Assembly: GCA_038231275.1 (NCBI GenBank)
Contig: JBBRLQ010000017.1
Location: 131,530 to 195,529 of the forward strand
Source: Polyangiales bacterium
GTDB taxonomy: Bacteria > Myxococcota_A > Polyangia > Polyangiales > Polyangiaceae
Reading direction: 5' to 3'
DNA length: 64,000 nt
In this document: positions 1 to 11,624 of the stretch, one piece after another
Layout: each line of letters opens with the position of its first letter
How positions within the stretch are numbered: the stretch's first letter is position 1
Program-made: the position numbers and the translations under genes
The notes under the pieces: generated by a model
Told to the model about the DNA's origin: nothing
Database searches by the model: none
The model's input: the letters and a program-made list of their open reading frames with translations, nothing else

Positions 1-256
1 GAGCCAGCGCCGCTCCCGGTTGGAGCACGCCCATGAGCCCGCGCGGGAGATCCCACGCGTCGGTCGCCGCCGGGACGACGACGAACCGATCCTCGGCCAC
101 GCCTGCGAGACGCGCGGCCGCCCGGATCGCGCCGAGATCGCCGACGAAGAGCGCGCGCGCCGAGCGTGGAGACAAGTCGGACGCCGCCGCGACCGAGACC
201 TCGGGCCCGACGCCGCACGGGCAGCCGATCGATATGGCGAGGCGCGCGGGCTTCAT
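1..256 (-). CDS. pdxA: 4-hydroxythreonine-4-phosphate dehydrogenase PdxA, N-terminal part (runs off window edge)
   Basis: Not in the ORF track. Manual translation from ATG at 256 (ATGA overlap with the upstream regulator stop) gives MKPARLAISIGCPCGVGPEVSVAAA..., matching the PdxA N-terminal motif (IAITxGDPAGIGPEV). Confidence 0.7.
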   Translation of the reverse strand, partial: MKPARLAISIGCPCGVGPEVSVAAASDLSPRSARALFVGDLGAIRAAARLAGVAEDRFVVVPAATDAWDLPRGLMGVLQPGAALA

Positions 257-1047
257 CGCGCGCGCGCGCGGCGCGGAGACTCGGCGTCGCTCACGCCGAC
301 CTTCACCACCGGCGCGAGCTCGTCCTCGTCTACGCCGCTGCCCGCCGTATCGCTCGGCGTCCGAAGTTTGTAACCGGCGCCGCGCATCGTCTCGAGCGGG
401 AGCGCCTCGCCGAGCTTGGCGCGCAGGCGCCGCACGTGGATGTCGACGGTGCGCGCGCCGCCGTCGTACGCCATTCCCCACACGCGCGAGAGGAGCGCGT
501 CGCGGCTGAAGACGCGCCCACGATTGCTCGCCAGGAACGCGAGCAGCGCGAACTCCTTGGCGGTGAGCGACACCCGTCGTCCGTCGACGGTGACCTCGTG
601 CGCCGCGCGATCGATCACGAGCCCGCCCATCTTGAGGCGCTCGTCCGTCGCGAACTCACTCCGCTTCCATTCGAGCGCGCGGATGCGCGCGTAGAGCTCC
701 GCCGGCACGTACGGCGGGACGATGAAATCGTCGAAGCCGCTCGAAGGCTCGACGCGCGCCACCTGACGCTCGGGCACCGAGAGGATCGAAGGCACGGTCT
801 CCAGGCTCGCCTCCCGCCGCAGCGCACGCAGCGCGGCGATCGCGAGATCGGGACGATCGCCGCCCTCGATGACGATGGCGCGCGCGCGATCCTCGCCAAG
901 CGAAATCACGCCGGAGACGTCGTCCCACAGGTCCACCGTGCGAACGCGCGCGCCGAGCTGACGGAGCACCGCGGCCGCCCCTTCGTCGCTGTCGAGGAGC
1001 GCGCCGTGCCCGACGACCAGCACGAACGGCGATTGTGAGCCGGACAT
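253..1047 (-). CDS. OmpR/PhoB-family winged-helix transcriptional regulator with atypical receiver domain
   Basis: C-terminal LTAKEFALLAFL...RVFSRDALLSRVWG...RTVDIHVRRLRAKL...ETMRGAGY. Start ATG 1047 (MSGSQSPF) with AGGAG RBS upstream. Confidence 0.9.
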   Translation of the reverse strand: MSGSQSPFVLVVGHGALLDSDEGAAAVLRQLGARVRTVDLWDDVSGVISLGEDRARAIVIEGGDRPDLAIAALRALRREASLETVPSILSVPERQVARVEPSSGFDDFIVPPYVPAELYARIRALEWKRSEFATDERLKMGGLVIDRAAHEVTVDGRRVSLTAKEFALLAFLASNRGRVFSRDALLSRVWGMAYDGGARTVDIHVRRLRAKLGEALPLETMRGAGYKLRTPSDTAGSGVDEDELAPVVKVGVSDAESPRRARAR

Positions 1048-1295
1048 CGAACTCCTGATAGCGGGTGTCGGGCCACGGGGCAATGCGCCCGAATGCGACG
1101 GGACGACCCGGCGCAAACGCCTCGTCAAACGAACGCCATTTCGAGCAGTTACAGCCCGTGGTGCGACGCGCGCGACGCGGCCCGACTCGAGCGTGCGCGT
1201 CGGTTTCCTTGGCACGAACGCGGACGTCTGCGGACGTCGGCCCGAGTTTTCCTTCCTCGGCACGGCTCGTGTACGCTCCATCACGGTAGAACTTC

Positions 1296-2942
1296 ATGGC
1301 GACCTGCCCCGTTTGCCGAAAGCGCTATCCCGATGACGTCACGACGTGCGCGGAGGACGGCGAGCACTTGCTCCCGAACGAAGCGTTCACGGGGGTGGAC
1401 GTGGATCTGTCCGCGGGGCACGTGGTCGGCGAGTACCGCATCGAGGGAAAGCTCGGCGAGGGTGGGTTCGGCGTCGTCTACCGCGCGGTGCACCCGCTCA
1501 TCGGCAAGGCGGCGGCGGTCAAGGTCCTGAACCGCCAGTATTCGGCGAACCCACAGATGGTCTCGCGCTTCATCTCCGAGGCGCGGGCGGTGAACCAGAT
1601 CCGGCACCGCAACATCATCGACATCTTCGCGTTCGGCTCGCTCGAGGACGGGCGACAGTACTTCATCATGGAGCTGCTCGAGGGCCTCCCGCTCGATGGC
1701 CACCTCGCCAAGAGGGGGCGCCTCAGCGTCGAGGAGGCGGTCGCGATCCTTCGCCCCGTGGCGCGCGCGCTCGACGCCGCGCACGCGTCGGGCATCGCGC
1801 ACCGCGATCTCAAGCCCGAGAACATTTTCCTCAGCTTCGACGACGAGGGCGCGCCGTACCCGAAGCTCCTCGACTTCGGCATCGCCAAGCTCCTCGCGCC
1901 CGACGCCACCGCCGGCGGACAGAGCAAGACGCGCACCGGAACGCCGATGGGGACGCCGTATTACATGTCCCCCGAGCAGTGCCGCGGGAAGAACGTCGAT
2001 CAGCGCACCGACGTCTACTCGTTCGGCATCATGCTCCACCAGGTCCTCGCCGGGAAGCTGCCGTTCGAAGGCGAGGACATCATGGATCTGCTCATCAAGC
2101 AGAGCACCGCGCCCGCGCCGCCGCTGTCGACCGTGGCGACCGATCTGCCGCCGTCGCTCGACGCGCCGATCCTCGCGATGCTCGAGAAAGATCCGGCGAA
2201 GAGGCCGGCGTCGGTGGGCGGCGCGATGGAGAGCTTCATCACTGCGGCGCGTGAGTCGGGGTTCGGGGTCGCCGGAGCCGCCGGCGGCAGCGTCCTGCGC
2301 GGCCCCGGGCAGAGCGGGCCGACGCCGAACCTGCCGATCCAGTCGCGACCGCATATGACGCCCGCCGAGATGGCGGTCGCGCACGCGTCGACGATGGTGA
2401 AGGCGCCGCACCTGCAGACGTTCCAGGGCGCGGGCATGGACGTCGCCGCCGCGCCGAAGAAGCGGACCGCGATCTACGTCCTCGCGCCCGTCATGCTCCT
2501 CGTCGGGCTCGGCGTCGGCCTGTTCGTCCTCAAGCAAGCGAAGCCCTCGAAGGTCGCCGGGAAGGACCCCGTGCCGGTGACGAGCATCGCACCGTCCGCC
2601 AGCGTGAGCGCGACGCAGGCCGCGATCTCGGCGACGGTGAGCGCGCCGAAGCCGCCCGAGGACGTCCTCGTGACCGTGAAAGCGGTCCCCGAGCACGCGA
2701 CGATCTACCTCGGCGACGAGCGCATCGGCGTCGCGCCCGGTCCGGTCAAGATCCGCCGCGGAACCGACAAGGTGAAGCTGACGCTGAAGGCGGATGGGTA
2801 CACGCCGTACGACGTCGAGCTCGAGCCGACGGAGAACACCGTCGTGAACGCGAAGCTCGCGAAGGTGTTCGGCGGCCCCAAAAAGCCGGTGAATCCGCAA
2901 GGCGGAACCTCGGGCGAGCTCGAGGATCCGTTCAAGAAGTGA
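1296..2942 (+). CDS. Ser/Thr protein kinase (Hanks type) with TM helix and C-terminal PEGA domain
   Basis: GEGGFGVVY, AVKVL, HRDLKPEN, DFGIAK, GTPYYMSPE motifs; TM segment; PEGA-like C-terminus; N-terminal CxxC..CxxDG zinc ribbon. Confidence 0.95.
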   Translation: MATCPVCRKRYPDDVTTCAEDGEHLLPNEAFTGVDVDLSAGHVVGEYRIEGKLGEGGFGVVYRAVHPLIGKAAAVKVLNRQYSANPQMVSRFISEARAVNQIRHRNIIDIFAFGSLEDGRQYFIMELLEGLPLDGHLAKRGRLSVEEAVAILRPVARALDAAHASGIAHRDLKPENIFLSFDDEGAPYPKLLDFGIAKLLAPDATAGGQSKTRTGTPMGTPYYMSPEQCRGKNVDQRTDVYSFGIMLHQVLAGKLPFEGEDIMDLLIKQSTAPAPPLSTVATDLPPSLDAPILAMLEKDPAKRPASVGGAMESFITAARESGFGVAGAAGGSVLRGPGQSGPTPNLPIQSRPHMTPAEMAVAHASTMVKAPHLQTFQGAGMDVAAAPKKRTAIYVLAPVMLLVGLGVGLFVLKQAKPSKVAGKDPVPVTSIAPSASVSATQAAISATVSAPKPPEDVLVTVKAVPEHATIYLGDERIGVAPGPVKIRRGTDKVKLTLKADGYTPYDVELEPTENTVVNAKLAKVFGGPKKPVNPQGGTSGELEDPFKK

Positions 2943-5596
2943 GCTCTCTCCCAAAGGTGGCCATGCGAACGAAGCTCGGGTCGTGGATGGGCGTGGGCAT
3001 TCTCGTCGCCGCGTGCACGAGCTTGCCCGACGTCCCGCGGAACACGTGTGGCAACCACGTGCTCGAGACCGGCGAGGACTGCGACACGAACGTCGTCGGC
3101 ACAGACAAGACGGTCTGCCGCGCGGCCGGCGTCGGCGCGTGCCGATTCGACTGCACGCAAGGGACCGATGGGACGCGCCCGCCGTGCCCGACGGGATGGT
3201 CGTGCGGCAACGACGGCATTTGCCGCGCTGCGAAGGGCGAGTTCTCGTCGCTCGCCAATCAAATTCCGAGCGACGCTGTGCAGGTCGGGCTCGCGGACTA
3301 CGACGGCGACGGCCTCCAGGACGTGCGCGAGGTCTCGAAATCCGACGTCCGCATTCGCTACGGCGATCCGGCGGGGAACCTCGGGCAGACCTTCCTCATC
3401 TCGGCGCCGCGCTCGCACCCGGCGGCGGGCGTCCTCACGACCGATCCGCTCCTCGATCTCGCGTTCGAGTCGAGCACCGGCGCGATCGCGGTGTGGCGCG
3501 GCTCGTCGGATCGCACGATGTCGCCGACGACGTACCCCTCGATCCCCATCCCGACGACGCAGCCGGTCTCCTTCGTGGCCGCCGAGGTGCTCCGCAAGCG
3601 CGCCGGGATCGAGATCGTCACGCTCATCCCCGATCAAAAAGGAATCGCGGCCCTCGGGGTGCGCGGCGGCGACGAGTTGGACAGCACCATCATCACGCCG
3701 CTGTTCGTTCTCGCGAAGGGCGCGTCCGATCTCGCCATCCCGATGCGGTCCGCGCAGCTCGACGAGGATCCGGTGGCCTCGCCCTGTGACGAGATCTTGA
3801 TTGCCTTCAAGGCGTCCAACGAGATCGGCGTCTTCCCGCCGTGCCGCGGAGACAACCCGAACACCGTGCTCGGCACGCAGAAGACGCTCCCTTCGGTGAT
3901 CCTCCCTCCGGGGCGCACGGTCGCCGACGTCCTCATCAACGATCTCGACCGCGACGGGCACCTCGACCTCATGATCGTCGCCGACGAGAACGGGATCTTC
4001 TTCGCGCTGGGCCGCGGCGACGGCACCTTCGATGTCCCTATCGAGGCGCTCACCCTCGAGGCGGCGAGCCTCGTGCCGATCGACGTCGGCTTCCTGACCG
4101 CGGACGACGTCCTCGATATCGTCACGCCCGGCGGCATCTACCTCTTCACCCCGCCGCCCGGTCGCCCGCCGAAGGACGCAGGTGACAGCGGCGGTGGCGG
4201 TGGTGACGCGGGGAACGACGCGACGTTCGTGCCCACCACCATCGGCGTGAACTGGTCGGAAGCGCGCGTCGTGGACCTGAACGGCGACGGTCGTCCTGAC
4301 GTCGTCGCCGCGTCGCCGCACCGCCTCGACGTGCTCATCAACGCGGGCAATCGCCTGTTCGACCAGCACACCTACCGCATCGAAGGAACGCCCAGTCTCC
4401 TCTCGTTCGGCGACTTCGACGGCGATCTCGTGGTCGATTTGGCTTTTCGTGAGCGGTTCGACGACAAGAGCGCCGATTCGCTCACCGTCGCCTTCGGCGG
4501 CGCGAACGGCGTGCCCAACGAGCCGGTGAGCCAGGGCCGGATCGGGACCGTGAACGTCATCTCAACGGGAGCGCTCAGCGCGGATCTTGCCACGGTCGCC
4601 GCCGACGGCCTCACCGACATCGGCGCGCTCGCGACGACCTTGGACGGCAAGATCCAGTTCGTGTCCATTCTGAACGGCTCCACCGATCGACTCCTGCAAT
4701 CGCCGTTCGTGCTGACGCGGCTCAAGGGGGGCAATGGCAAGCAGATCCTCGCCTCGTCCGCGCACAGCTTCGCCGTCGGCCAGCTCACGTCGGACACGCA
4801 CCCCGATCTGGCGGTCGTCGGCGTCGAGCCGGAGATCAACGGCAGCTTCGACGTGCACACGTGGCTCGTGCCGGTGACCGGCGACGCGCAGATCGATCTG
4901 GCGACGGTCAACGCCGGTCCGGTCGTCGACACGTACACGCTCGACACCGGCTCGCGGGCACAGACGCGCGGGCTCTCGTGGATCGATCCGCACGTCGAGT
5001 CGCTCGCCGTGGAGCTCGACGCCAAGACGAGCGGCGGAACCGACGAGGTCCTCGTCCTGGCCCAACCCGTCGCCGAGAGCCACGACTCCGGCGCCCTCTT
5101 CGTCTTCAAGGCCTCGTCCGGCGCGTTCGCGGCCGCGTCGCGCGTGCCGGTGGGGCTCGACGCACCCGGCGGTACGGCGTGGAGCTTGAAAAAATCGGAC
5201 CTCGATGCCGACGGCGCCGTCGACGTGCTCATGACGTTCCACGACGCGAGCGGAATGCACGGCCAGGTCTTCTTCAACCTGCGGAGCGGTGGGCTCGATC
5301 CGGCGCCGGTGCGCGTGGAGGCCCCCGCCGGCACGCAGCTCCTCGCGTGGGCGGCGCTCAACGCGGACGCCGATCCCCGTCGCGAGATCGCCATGCTCAC
5401 CGACAAGGGCGTCTTCCTCGCGAAGCTCGACGCGGGCGCCCGCACTTTCACCGTCTCCACCAAGCCGCTCTCCGGCGTCGCGCCGACCGGCAACGTGATC
5501 GCGTGCGGCGACATCGACGGCGACGGCATCGACGACATGGCGATCGCCGGCGCGGGCGTGCTCCAGGTCTTCCGCGGACTCCCGGTGCTCCAATGA
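2939..5596 (+). CDS. FG-GAP/VCBS repeat lipoprotein
   Basis: Lipobox LVAAC, CGNHVLETGEDCD Cys motif, multiple DxDGDGxxD repeats (DYDGDGLQD, DLDRDGHLD, DLNGDGRPD, DFDGDLVVD, DIDGDGIDD); GTGA overlap with kinase. Confidence 0.85.
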   Translation: MSSLPKVAMRTKLGSWMGVGILVAACTSLPDVPRNTCGNHVLETGEDCDTNVVGTDKTVCRAAGVGACRFDCTQGTDGTRPPCPTGWSCGNDGICRAAKGEFSSLANQIPSDAVQVGLADYDGDGLQDVREVSKSDVRIRYGDPAGNLGQTFLISAPRSHPAAGVLTTDPLLDLAFESSTGAIAVWRGSSDRTMSPTTYPSIPIPTTQPVSFVAAEVLRKRAGIEIVTLIPDQKGIAALGVRGGDELDSTIITPLFVLAKGASDLAIPMRSAQLDEDPVASPCDEILIAFKASNEIGVFPPCRGDNPNTVLGTQKTLPSVILPPGRTVADVLINDLDRDGHLDLMIVADENGIFFALGRGDGTFDVPIEALTLEAASLVPIDVGFLTADDVLDIVTPGGIYLFTPPPGRPPKDAGDSGGGGGDAGNDATFVPTTIGVNWSEARVVDLNGDGRPDVVAASPHRLDVLINAGNRLFDQHTYRIEGTPSLLSFGDFDGDLVVDLAFRERFDDKSADSLTVAFGGANGVPNEPVSQGRIGTVNVISTGALSADLATVAADGLTDIGALATTLDGKIQFVSILNGSTDRLLQSPFVLTRLKGGNGKQILASSAHSFAVGQLTSDTHPDLAVVGVEPEINGSFDVHTWLVPVTGDAQIDLATVNAGPVVDTYTLDTGSRAQTRGLSWIDPHVESLAVELDAKTSGGTDEVLVLAQPVAESHDSGALFVFKASSGAFAAASRVPVGLDAPGGTAWSLKKSDLDADGAVDVLMTFHDASGMHGQVFFNLRSGGLDPAPVRVEAPAGTQLLAWAALNADADPRREIAMLTDKGVFLAKLDAGARTFTVSTKPLSGVAPTGNVIACGDIDGDGIDDMAIAGAGVLQVFRGLPVLQ

Positions 5597-6870
5597 ACCA
5601 TCGTCGATTTCCAGGTCGCTCGCTCGTCGGCGTCGTCGGTCTCGCCATCCTCGTTTCGTCCGTCTTGGCGTCGGCGCCTGCCCACGCGCAGTCGCCCGCG
5701 CGGCTCGATCAAGCGAGGATGCTCTTCAGCGCCGGCGCGAAGGCGTACGAGACCGGCCAGTTCAACGCCGCGATCCAGGCCTTCGAGGACGCGAACAAGA
5801 TCGTCCCCAAGCCGCAGATCGTCTTTTCGATCGCGCAGGCGCACCGTCGCCAGTACTACCTCGCGAAGGAGCCCGAGCACCTGCGCGAGGCGATCCGGCG
5901 CTACCGCGAGTACGTGGACTCGGTGAAGGAGGGCGGGCGCGTGTCCGACGCCGCGCAGGCGCTCGCCGAGCTCGAGCCCATCGCCGCGCGGACCGCCATC
6001 GATCCGAGCGCACCGTCGCGGCCTGCCCCGAAAGATCCGGCGCGCGTGATGGTGATGACGCAGGTCGAGGGCGCGCGCGTCGCGATCGACGGCGCCGCGG
6101 CCAAGGCGGGCCTCGCGGTCGAGCTGAAGCCCGGCAAGCACCACATCTCCACCACCGCCGACGGCTATTTTCCCGACGAACGTGACGTGCAGGCGGTCGA
6201 CAACGCGCTCGTCCCCGTCGACGTGTCGCTGCGTGAAAGGCCGGCGCGGCTCATCGTCGGCGCGCTCGCCGGCGCGCAAGTCTCGCTCGACGGACGCCCG
6301 GCGGGGACCACACCGCTGACGTCGCCGATCGAGGTCCCCCCGGGGACGCACCTGGTGACGGTCACGCGCAACGGCCACGTCGGGTACTCGCAGGAGCTCG
6401 AGCTGGCGCGCGATCAGAGAAAGCAGCTCGCGGTCGAGTTGCCGGATACGACGCAGCGCACCGTCTCCTACGCGCTCATGCTCGGCGGCGGCGCGGCCAT
6501 CGTCGCGGGCGGCGTCTTTACGGGCGCTGCCCTCGTCAACCAGTCGAACGCGCAGAAAATCTTGGACCGCAAGGACACGGGCACGATCCCGCCAAACGAG
6601 GTCGACGCGTACGACTCGTCACGCGGACGACGCGACGACTGGACCAAGGCCGCGATCGCCTCGTTCGCCGTCGGCGGCGCGGTCGCACTGACAGGCGCCG
6701 TGCTCTACCTCTTCGATCCGCCCATCCTCACGATGCCGCCGCCGCGCTTCGAGGACCGCACGAAGAAGCCCGACACCAAGCCCGCCCCGGGGCGTGAGCC
6801 GATGGAGATGTCCTTCACGCCGCTGATCGGCCCAGGCCTCGGCGGCGCCGGCGTGAGCGGCCGCTTCTGA
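5593..6870 (+). CDS. TPR + PEGA domain exported protein
   Basis: ATGA overlap at 5593; signal peptide ending AHA; TPR-like helices (ARMLFSAGAKAYETGQFNAAIQAFEDA); two PEGA repeats; two C-terminal hydrophobic helices. Confidence 0.85.
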   Translation: MNHRRFPGRSLVGVVGLAILVSSVLASAPAHAQSPARLDQARMLFSAGAKAYETGQFNAAIQAFEDANKIVPKPQIVFSIAQAHRRQYYLAKEPEHLREAIRRYREYVDSVKEGGRVSDAAQALAELEPIAARTAIDPSAPSRPAPKDPARVMVMTQVEGARVAIDGAAAKAGLAVELKPGKHHISTTADGYFPDERDVQAVDNALVPVDVSLRERPARLIVGALAGAQVSLDGRPAGTTPLTSPIEVPPGTHLVTVTRNGHVGYSQELELARDQRKQLAVELPDTTQRTVSYALMLGGGAAIVAGGVFTGAALVNQSNAQKILDRKDTGTIPPNEVDAYDSSRGRRDDWTKAAIASFAVGGAVALTGAVLYLFDPPILTMPPPRFEDRTKKPDTKPAPGREPMEMSFTPLIGPGLGGAGVSGRF

Positions 6871-6910
6871 GGATCACTCGAGCGCGGCAGCCTCTCCGGC
6901 GATGCGCGGA

Positions 6911-8359
<1,449 letters not shown>

Positions 8360-8708
8360 GTCCGTGGCTGGAGAACGTAGGCGCCTTTGTCCGGCGCGTC
8401 GACCGCCGAAACGTGCCGGCACGCACGCCCACATCACCCGACGCTGGATTCCCACGGCAGCGGAACCGTGCGCTGAGGACGGCCAACCGATCGTCGGTGC
8501 GAGCGCCCGGTAAGTATGCAAGCCGGCAGAAACAGCGCTATTATTTGTGGCGAGAGACAAACCCTTCGTGCGTCCTCACAGCCTCTTTTGGAGCGCCTCC
8601 TTCTATCGTCCGAACGCCTCGCGTTCGCGGATTGCGCATGCGCGACCCGTGCATGGACCTTTCTTCGCGTGAGTCAGCCCGATCACCCGTTCCCTGGAGC
8701 CCCTCTCC

Positions 8709-11624
8709 GTGGCGATTGACCGCGAAAAGGTGCTCGACGCCGCCCAGAAGTTCGTCGAGAAAAAGAAGTACGACAAGGCGGTTCTCGAGCTCCGAAAGAT
8801 CATCCAGGCCGATCCGAACGACGCTCGGACGCGCCTGAAGATCGGCGACCTCGAGTCGAAGCAGGAGAGGTACGCCGACGCGGTGGCGACCTATGAAGAG
8901 GTCGGCAAGCAGTACGCGTCCCAAGGCTTCGCCCTCAAGGCGATCGCGGTCTACAAACAGATCCGCGAGATCATCGCCAAGCACGTCCCGCAGCTCGAGT
9001 CGCAGTACGCGCACATCACGCCGAAGCTCGCGGAGCTGTACCAGCAGCTGGGCCTCACGAGCGACGCGCTCGCCGCGCTGGACGAGGTCGCGACGCGCCT
9101 GCAGCGCCAGCAGCGCGACGGCGAGGCGATCGAGGTCTTCAAGAAGATCGTCGAGCTCGATCCGACCAATCCCCTGCCCCACCTTCGCCTGGCCGAGGCG
9201 CTCTCGCGCATCCAGAACGTCGACGCGGCCGTGGCCGAGTTCGCGACCGCCGCGTCGCAGCTCCTGAAGCTCGGCCGCCGCGACGACGCGCTGAAGGTCT
9301 TGGAGCGGCTGCTCCATCACAAGGCCGATCTCTCGCAGGCGCGCATCGCCGCCGAGCTGTACCTCTCGCGCGGCCAGCAGGCCGACGGCATGCAGGCACT
9401 CGCGAAGCTCCAGCTCTGCTTCCAGGCCAACCCTCGCGACCTCGACACGCTGTCCCTCCTCGCCCGCGCGTTCAACGTGATCGGGCAAGCGGCGAAGGCG
9501 ATCGAAGTGCAAAAGGAGATGTGCCGGATCGCGCGCGACAACGGCAAGACCGACGTGCTCGTGCCGCTGCTCCAGCAGTTGATGCGCCTCGTCCCGAGCG
9601 ACGACGGCGTCCGCAAGATGGCGCAGGCCGCGGGGCTCTTGGGCGACGCGCCGGGACCGTCGGCGCCGCCGCCGCCGCAGAACCTCGCGCCGCAGTACGG
9701 CGCGCCGCCGATGCACGCGCCGTTGCCGTCGTACGCGCGCGGCACGCCGCACATGCCGCCGATGATGCAGTCGCAGGCGCCGATGCCGCCGCCGATGGTC
9801 CAGCACCAGCAGTACCAACCGCCGCCGGCGCGCGGCGAGGAGACGTCGTACGAGGCGGTCGACGCGAACGATCTGATCCACGAAGGCAGCGGGATCGATC
9901 ACGACGCGCAGCAATACCTCGAGAGCATTCCGCCGGAAGCGGTGGCGCGCGGCGGATCGCAGTCGCAGGCGTACCGCAATCAGTTCGCGTCGGAGGCGCA
10001 GCTCGAGGTCGTGGAGCAGGAGGCGCCGCAGATCGCGCCGGACATGAGCGAGCAGCTCGCGCAGGTCCTCGCCGACGCCGGCTCGTTCCGCCGCGTGCGC
10101 CTGTACGCCAAGGCGATCGCCACGCTCCGTCAGGGGCTCGAGCTCGAGCCGCGCTCGCTCGATGTGCGCGAGGCGCTGCGCGACGTGTACCTCGAGTCCG
10201 GTCGCGCGCAGGAGGCCGTCGCCGAAATGCTGGCGATGGCGTCGCTGTTCATCGACGCGCTCGACGGCGAAGGCGCCGCGCGGATGCTCCAGGACGTCCT
10301 CACCGTCGAGCCCGGCAACCGGCGCGCCGTCGAGATGCTCCGCGAGCTCGGCTACGAGTACGTCGACGAGAACGGCGAGCCCGCGGGCGGCGCCGGGGCC
10401 GGCGGCGAGTACGAGGCGGACACTGGCCAGGAGGCGCAGCGCTACTCGAACACGCCCGGCGGAGCGGCCGGCGCGACGACCGAGGCGCCGTTGCCGTCGT
10501 ACGACCTCGAGGAGATGGGGCCGGACGACGTCTCCAACGAGTACAGCGATCCGCGCGTCATCATGTCGCCGCAGATGCAGGCGGCCCGCGCGCGCGGCGC
10601 GAGCGACGACTTCCCGCAAGACCCGGCCGCCGACGACGCCGAGCCGCTCCCCTCCTTCCCGCTCGATGCGCCCGAGGCCGACGTCTCGGAGCCCTTCGAT
10701 CTCGTCCAGCCGCCGGACACCGCGGGCCAGACCGAGACGGGAGGCCAAGCGTACGCCCCGACCACCGATGAGGTGCAGCGCTACGAAGAAGAGCCTGCAC
10801 CCAAGACCGTCGGCGGCGGCGCCGCGGAGCTCGAAGAGGCGCTCGAGGAGGCGGACTTCTTCGCGTCGCGCGGCCTCTACGAAGACGCGCGCAACACCAT
10901 CAGCGATCAGCTCCAGCTCCACCCCAACAACCGCCTCCTCAAAGAGAAGCTCGCCGAGCTCGATCAGCAAGAGCAGAGCGCGAAGCGTGGGAGCGGCACC
11001 CGGGAGCGACCGCACGACGAGGACGTCAAGACCGGCATCGATCGCAGCTTCGACATCGCCGCCTCGCTCGACGCCGTCGAGGACTCGCAGGTCCCCGCCT
11101 TCGAGCAGGCCAACAAGCAGATCGACGTCGAGGAGGTCTTTGCGAAATTCAAGGAGGGCGTCGCCAAGCAGATCAGCCTGGACGACGGGCAGTCGCACTA
11201 CGATCTCGGCGTCGCGTACAAGGAGATGGGCCTCACTGAAGACGCCATCCGCGAGTTCGAGACCGCGGCGCGCGACCCGAAGCGCGAGTGCGTCTGCCGC
11301 TCGATGATCGGCATGATCCAGATGGAGCGCGGCAACGTGAACGAGGCGATCGACGCGTTCATGCGCGGCCTCCACTCGCACGTGAAGAGCGCGGAGCAGG
11401 AGACGGTCCTCTCCTTCGAGATCGGCGTCGCGTACGAGCAGAAAAAAATGCACCGCGAGGCGCTCAGCTACTTCCAGAAGGTGATGCGCCGCGAGCCCAA
11501 CTACCGCGACGTGCAGGAGCGCGTGCGGCGTCTCTCGAGCGCGTCCAAGGGGCCGCCGCGGCAGGCCGCGGTGGGCGACGACGAGTTCGATCGCGCCTTC
11601 GACGATATGATCGAGAAGTCGTGA
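8709..11624 (+). CDS. Large tetratricopeptide-repeat protein (SgmX-like myxobacterial motility TPR scaffold)
   Basis: N-terminal TPR array (KKKYDKAV, GFALKAIAVYKQI, LAELYQQLGL), Pro/acidic linker, C-terminal TPR block with SHYDLGVAYKEMGL. Resemblance to SgmX is from memory. Confidence 0.8.
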   Translation: MAIDREKVLDAAQKFVEKKKYDKAVLELRKIIQADPNDARTRLKIGDLESKQERYADAVATYEEVGKQYASQGFALKAIAVYKQIREIIAKHVPQLESQYAHITPKLAELYQQLGLTSDALAALDEVATRLQRQQRDGEAIEVFKKIVELDPTNPLPHLRLAEALSRIQNVDAAVAEFATAASQLLKLGRRDDALKVLERLLHHKADLSQARIAAELYLSRGQQADGMQALAKLQLCFQANPRDLDTLSLLARAFNVIGQAAKAIEVQKEMCRIARDNGKTDVLVPLLQQLMRLVPSDDGVRKMAQAAGLLGDAPGPSAPPPPQNLAPQYGAPPMHAPLPSYARGTPHMPPMMQSQAPMPPPMVQHQQYQPPPARGEETSYEAVDANDLIHEGSGIDHDAQQYLESIPPEAVARGGSQSQAYRNQFASEAQLEVVEQEAPQIAPDMSEQLAQVLADAGSFRRVRLYAKAIATLRQGLELEPRSLDVREALRDVYLESGRAQEAVAEMLAMASLFIDALDGEGAARMLQDVLTVEPGNRRAVEMLRELGYEYVDENGEPAGGAGAGGEYEADTGQEAQRYSNTPGGAAGATTEAPLPSYDLEEMGPDDVSNEYSDPRVIMSPQMQAARARGASDDFPQDPAADDAEPLPSFPLDAPEADVSEPFDLVQPPDTAGQTETGGQAYAPTTDEVQRYEEEPAPKTVGGGAAELEEALEEADFFASRGLYEDARNTISDQLQLHPNNRLLKEKLAELDQQEQSAKRGSGTRERPHDEDVKTGIDRSFDIAASLDAVEDSQVPAFEQANKQIDVEEVFAKFKEGVAKQISLDDGQSHYDLGVAYKEMGLTEDAIREFETAARDPKRECVCRSMIGMIQMERGNVNEAIDAFMRGLHSHVKSAEQETVLSFEIGVAYEQKKMHREALSYFQKVMRREPNYRDVQERVRRLSSASKGPPRQAAVGDDEFDRAFDDMIEKS

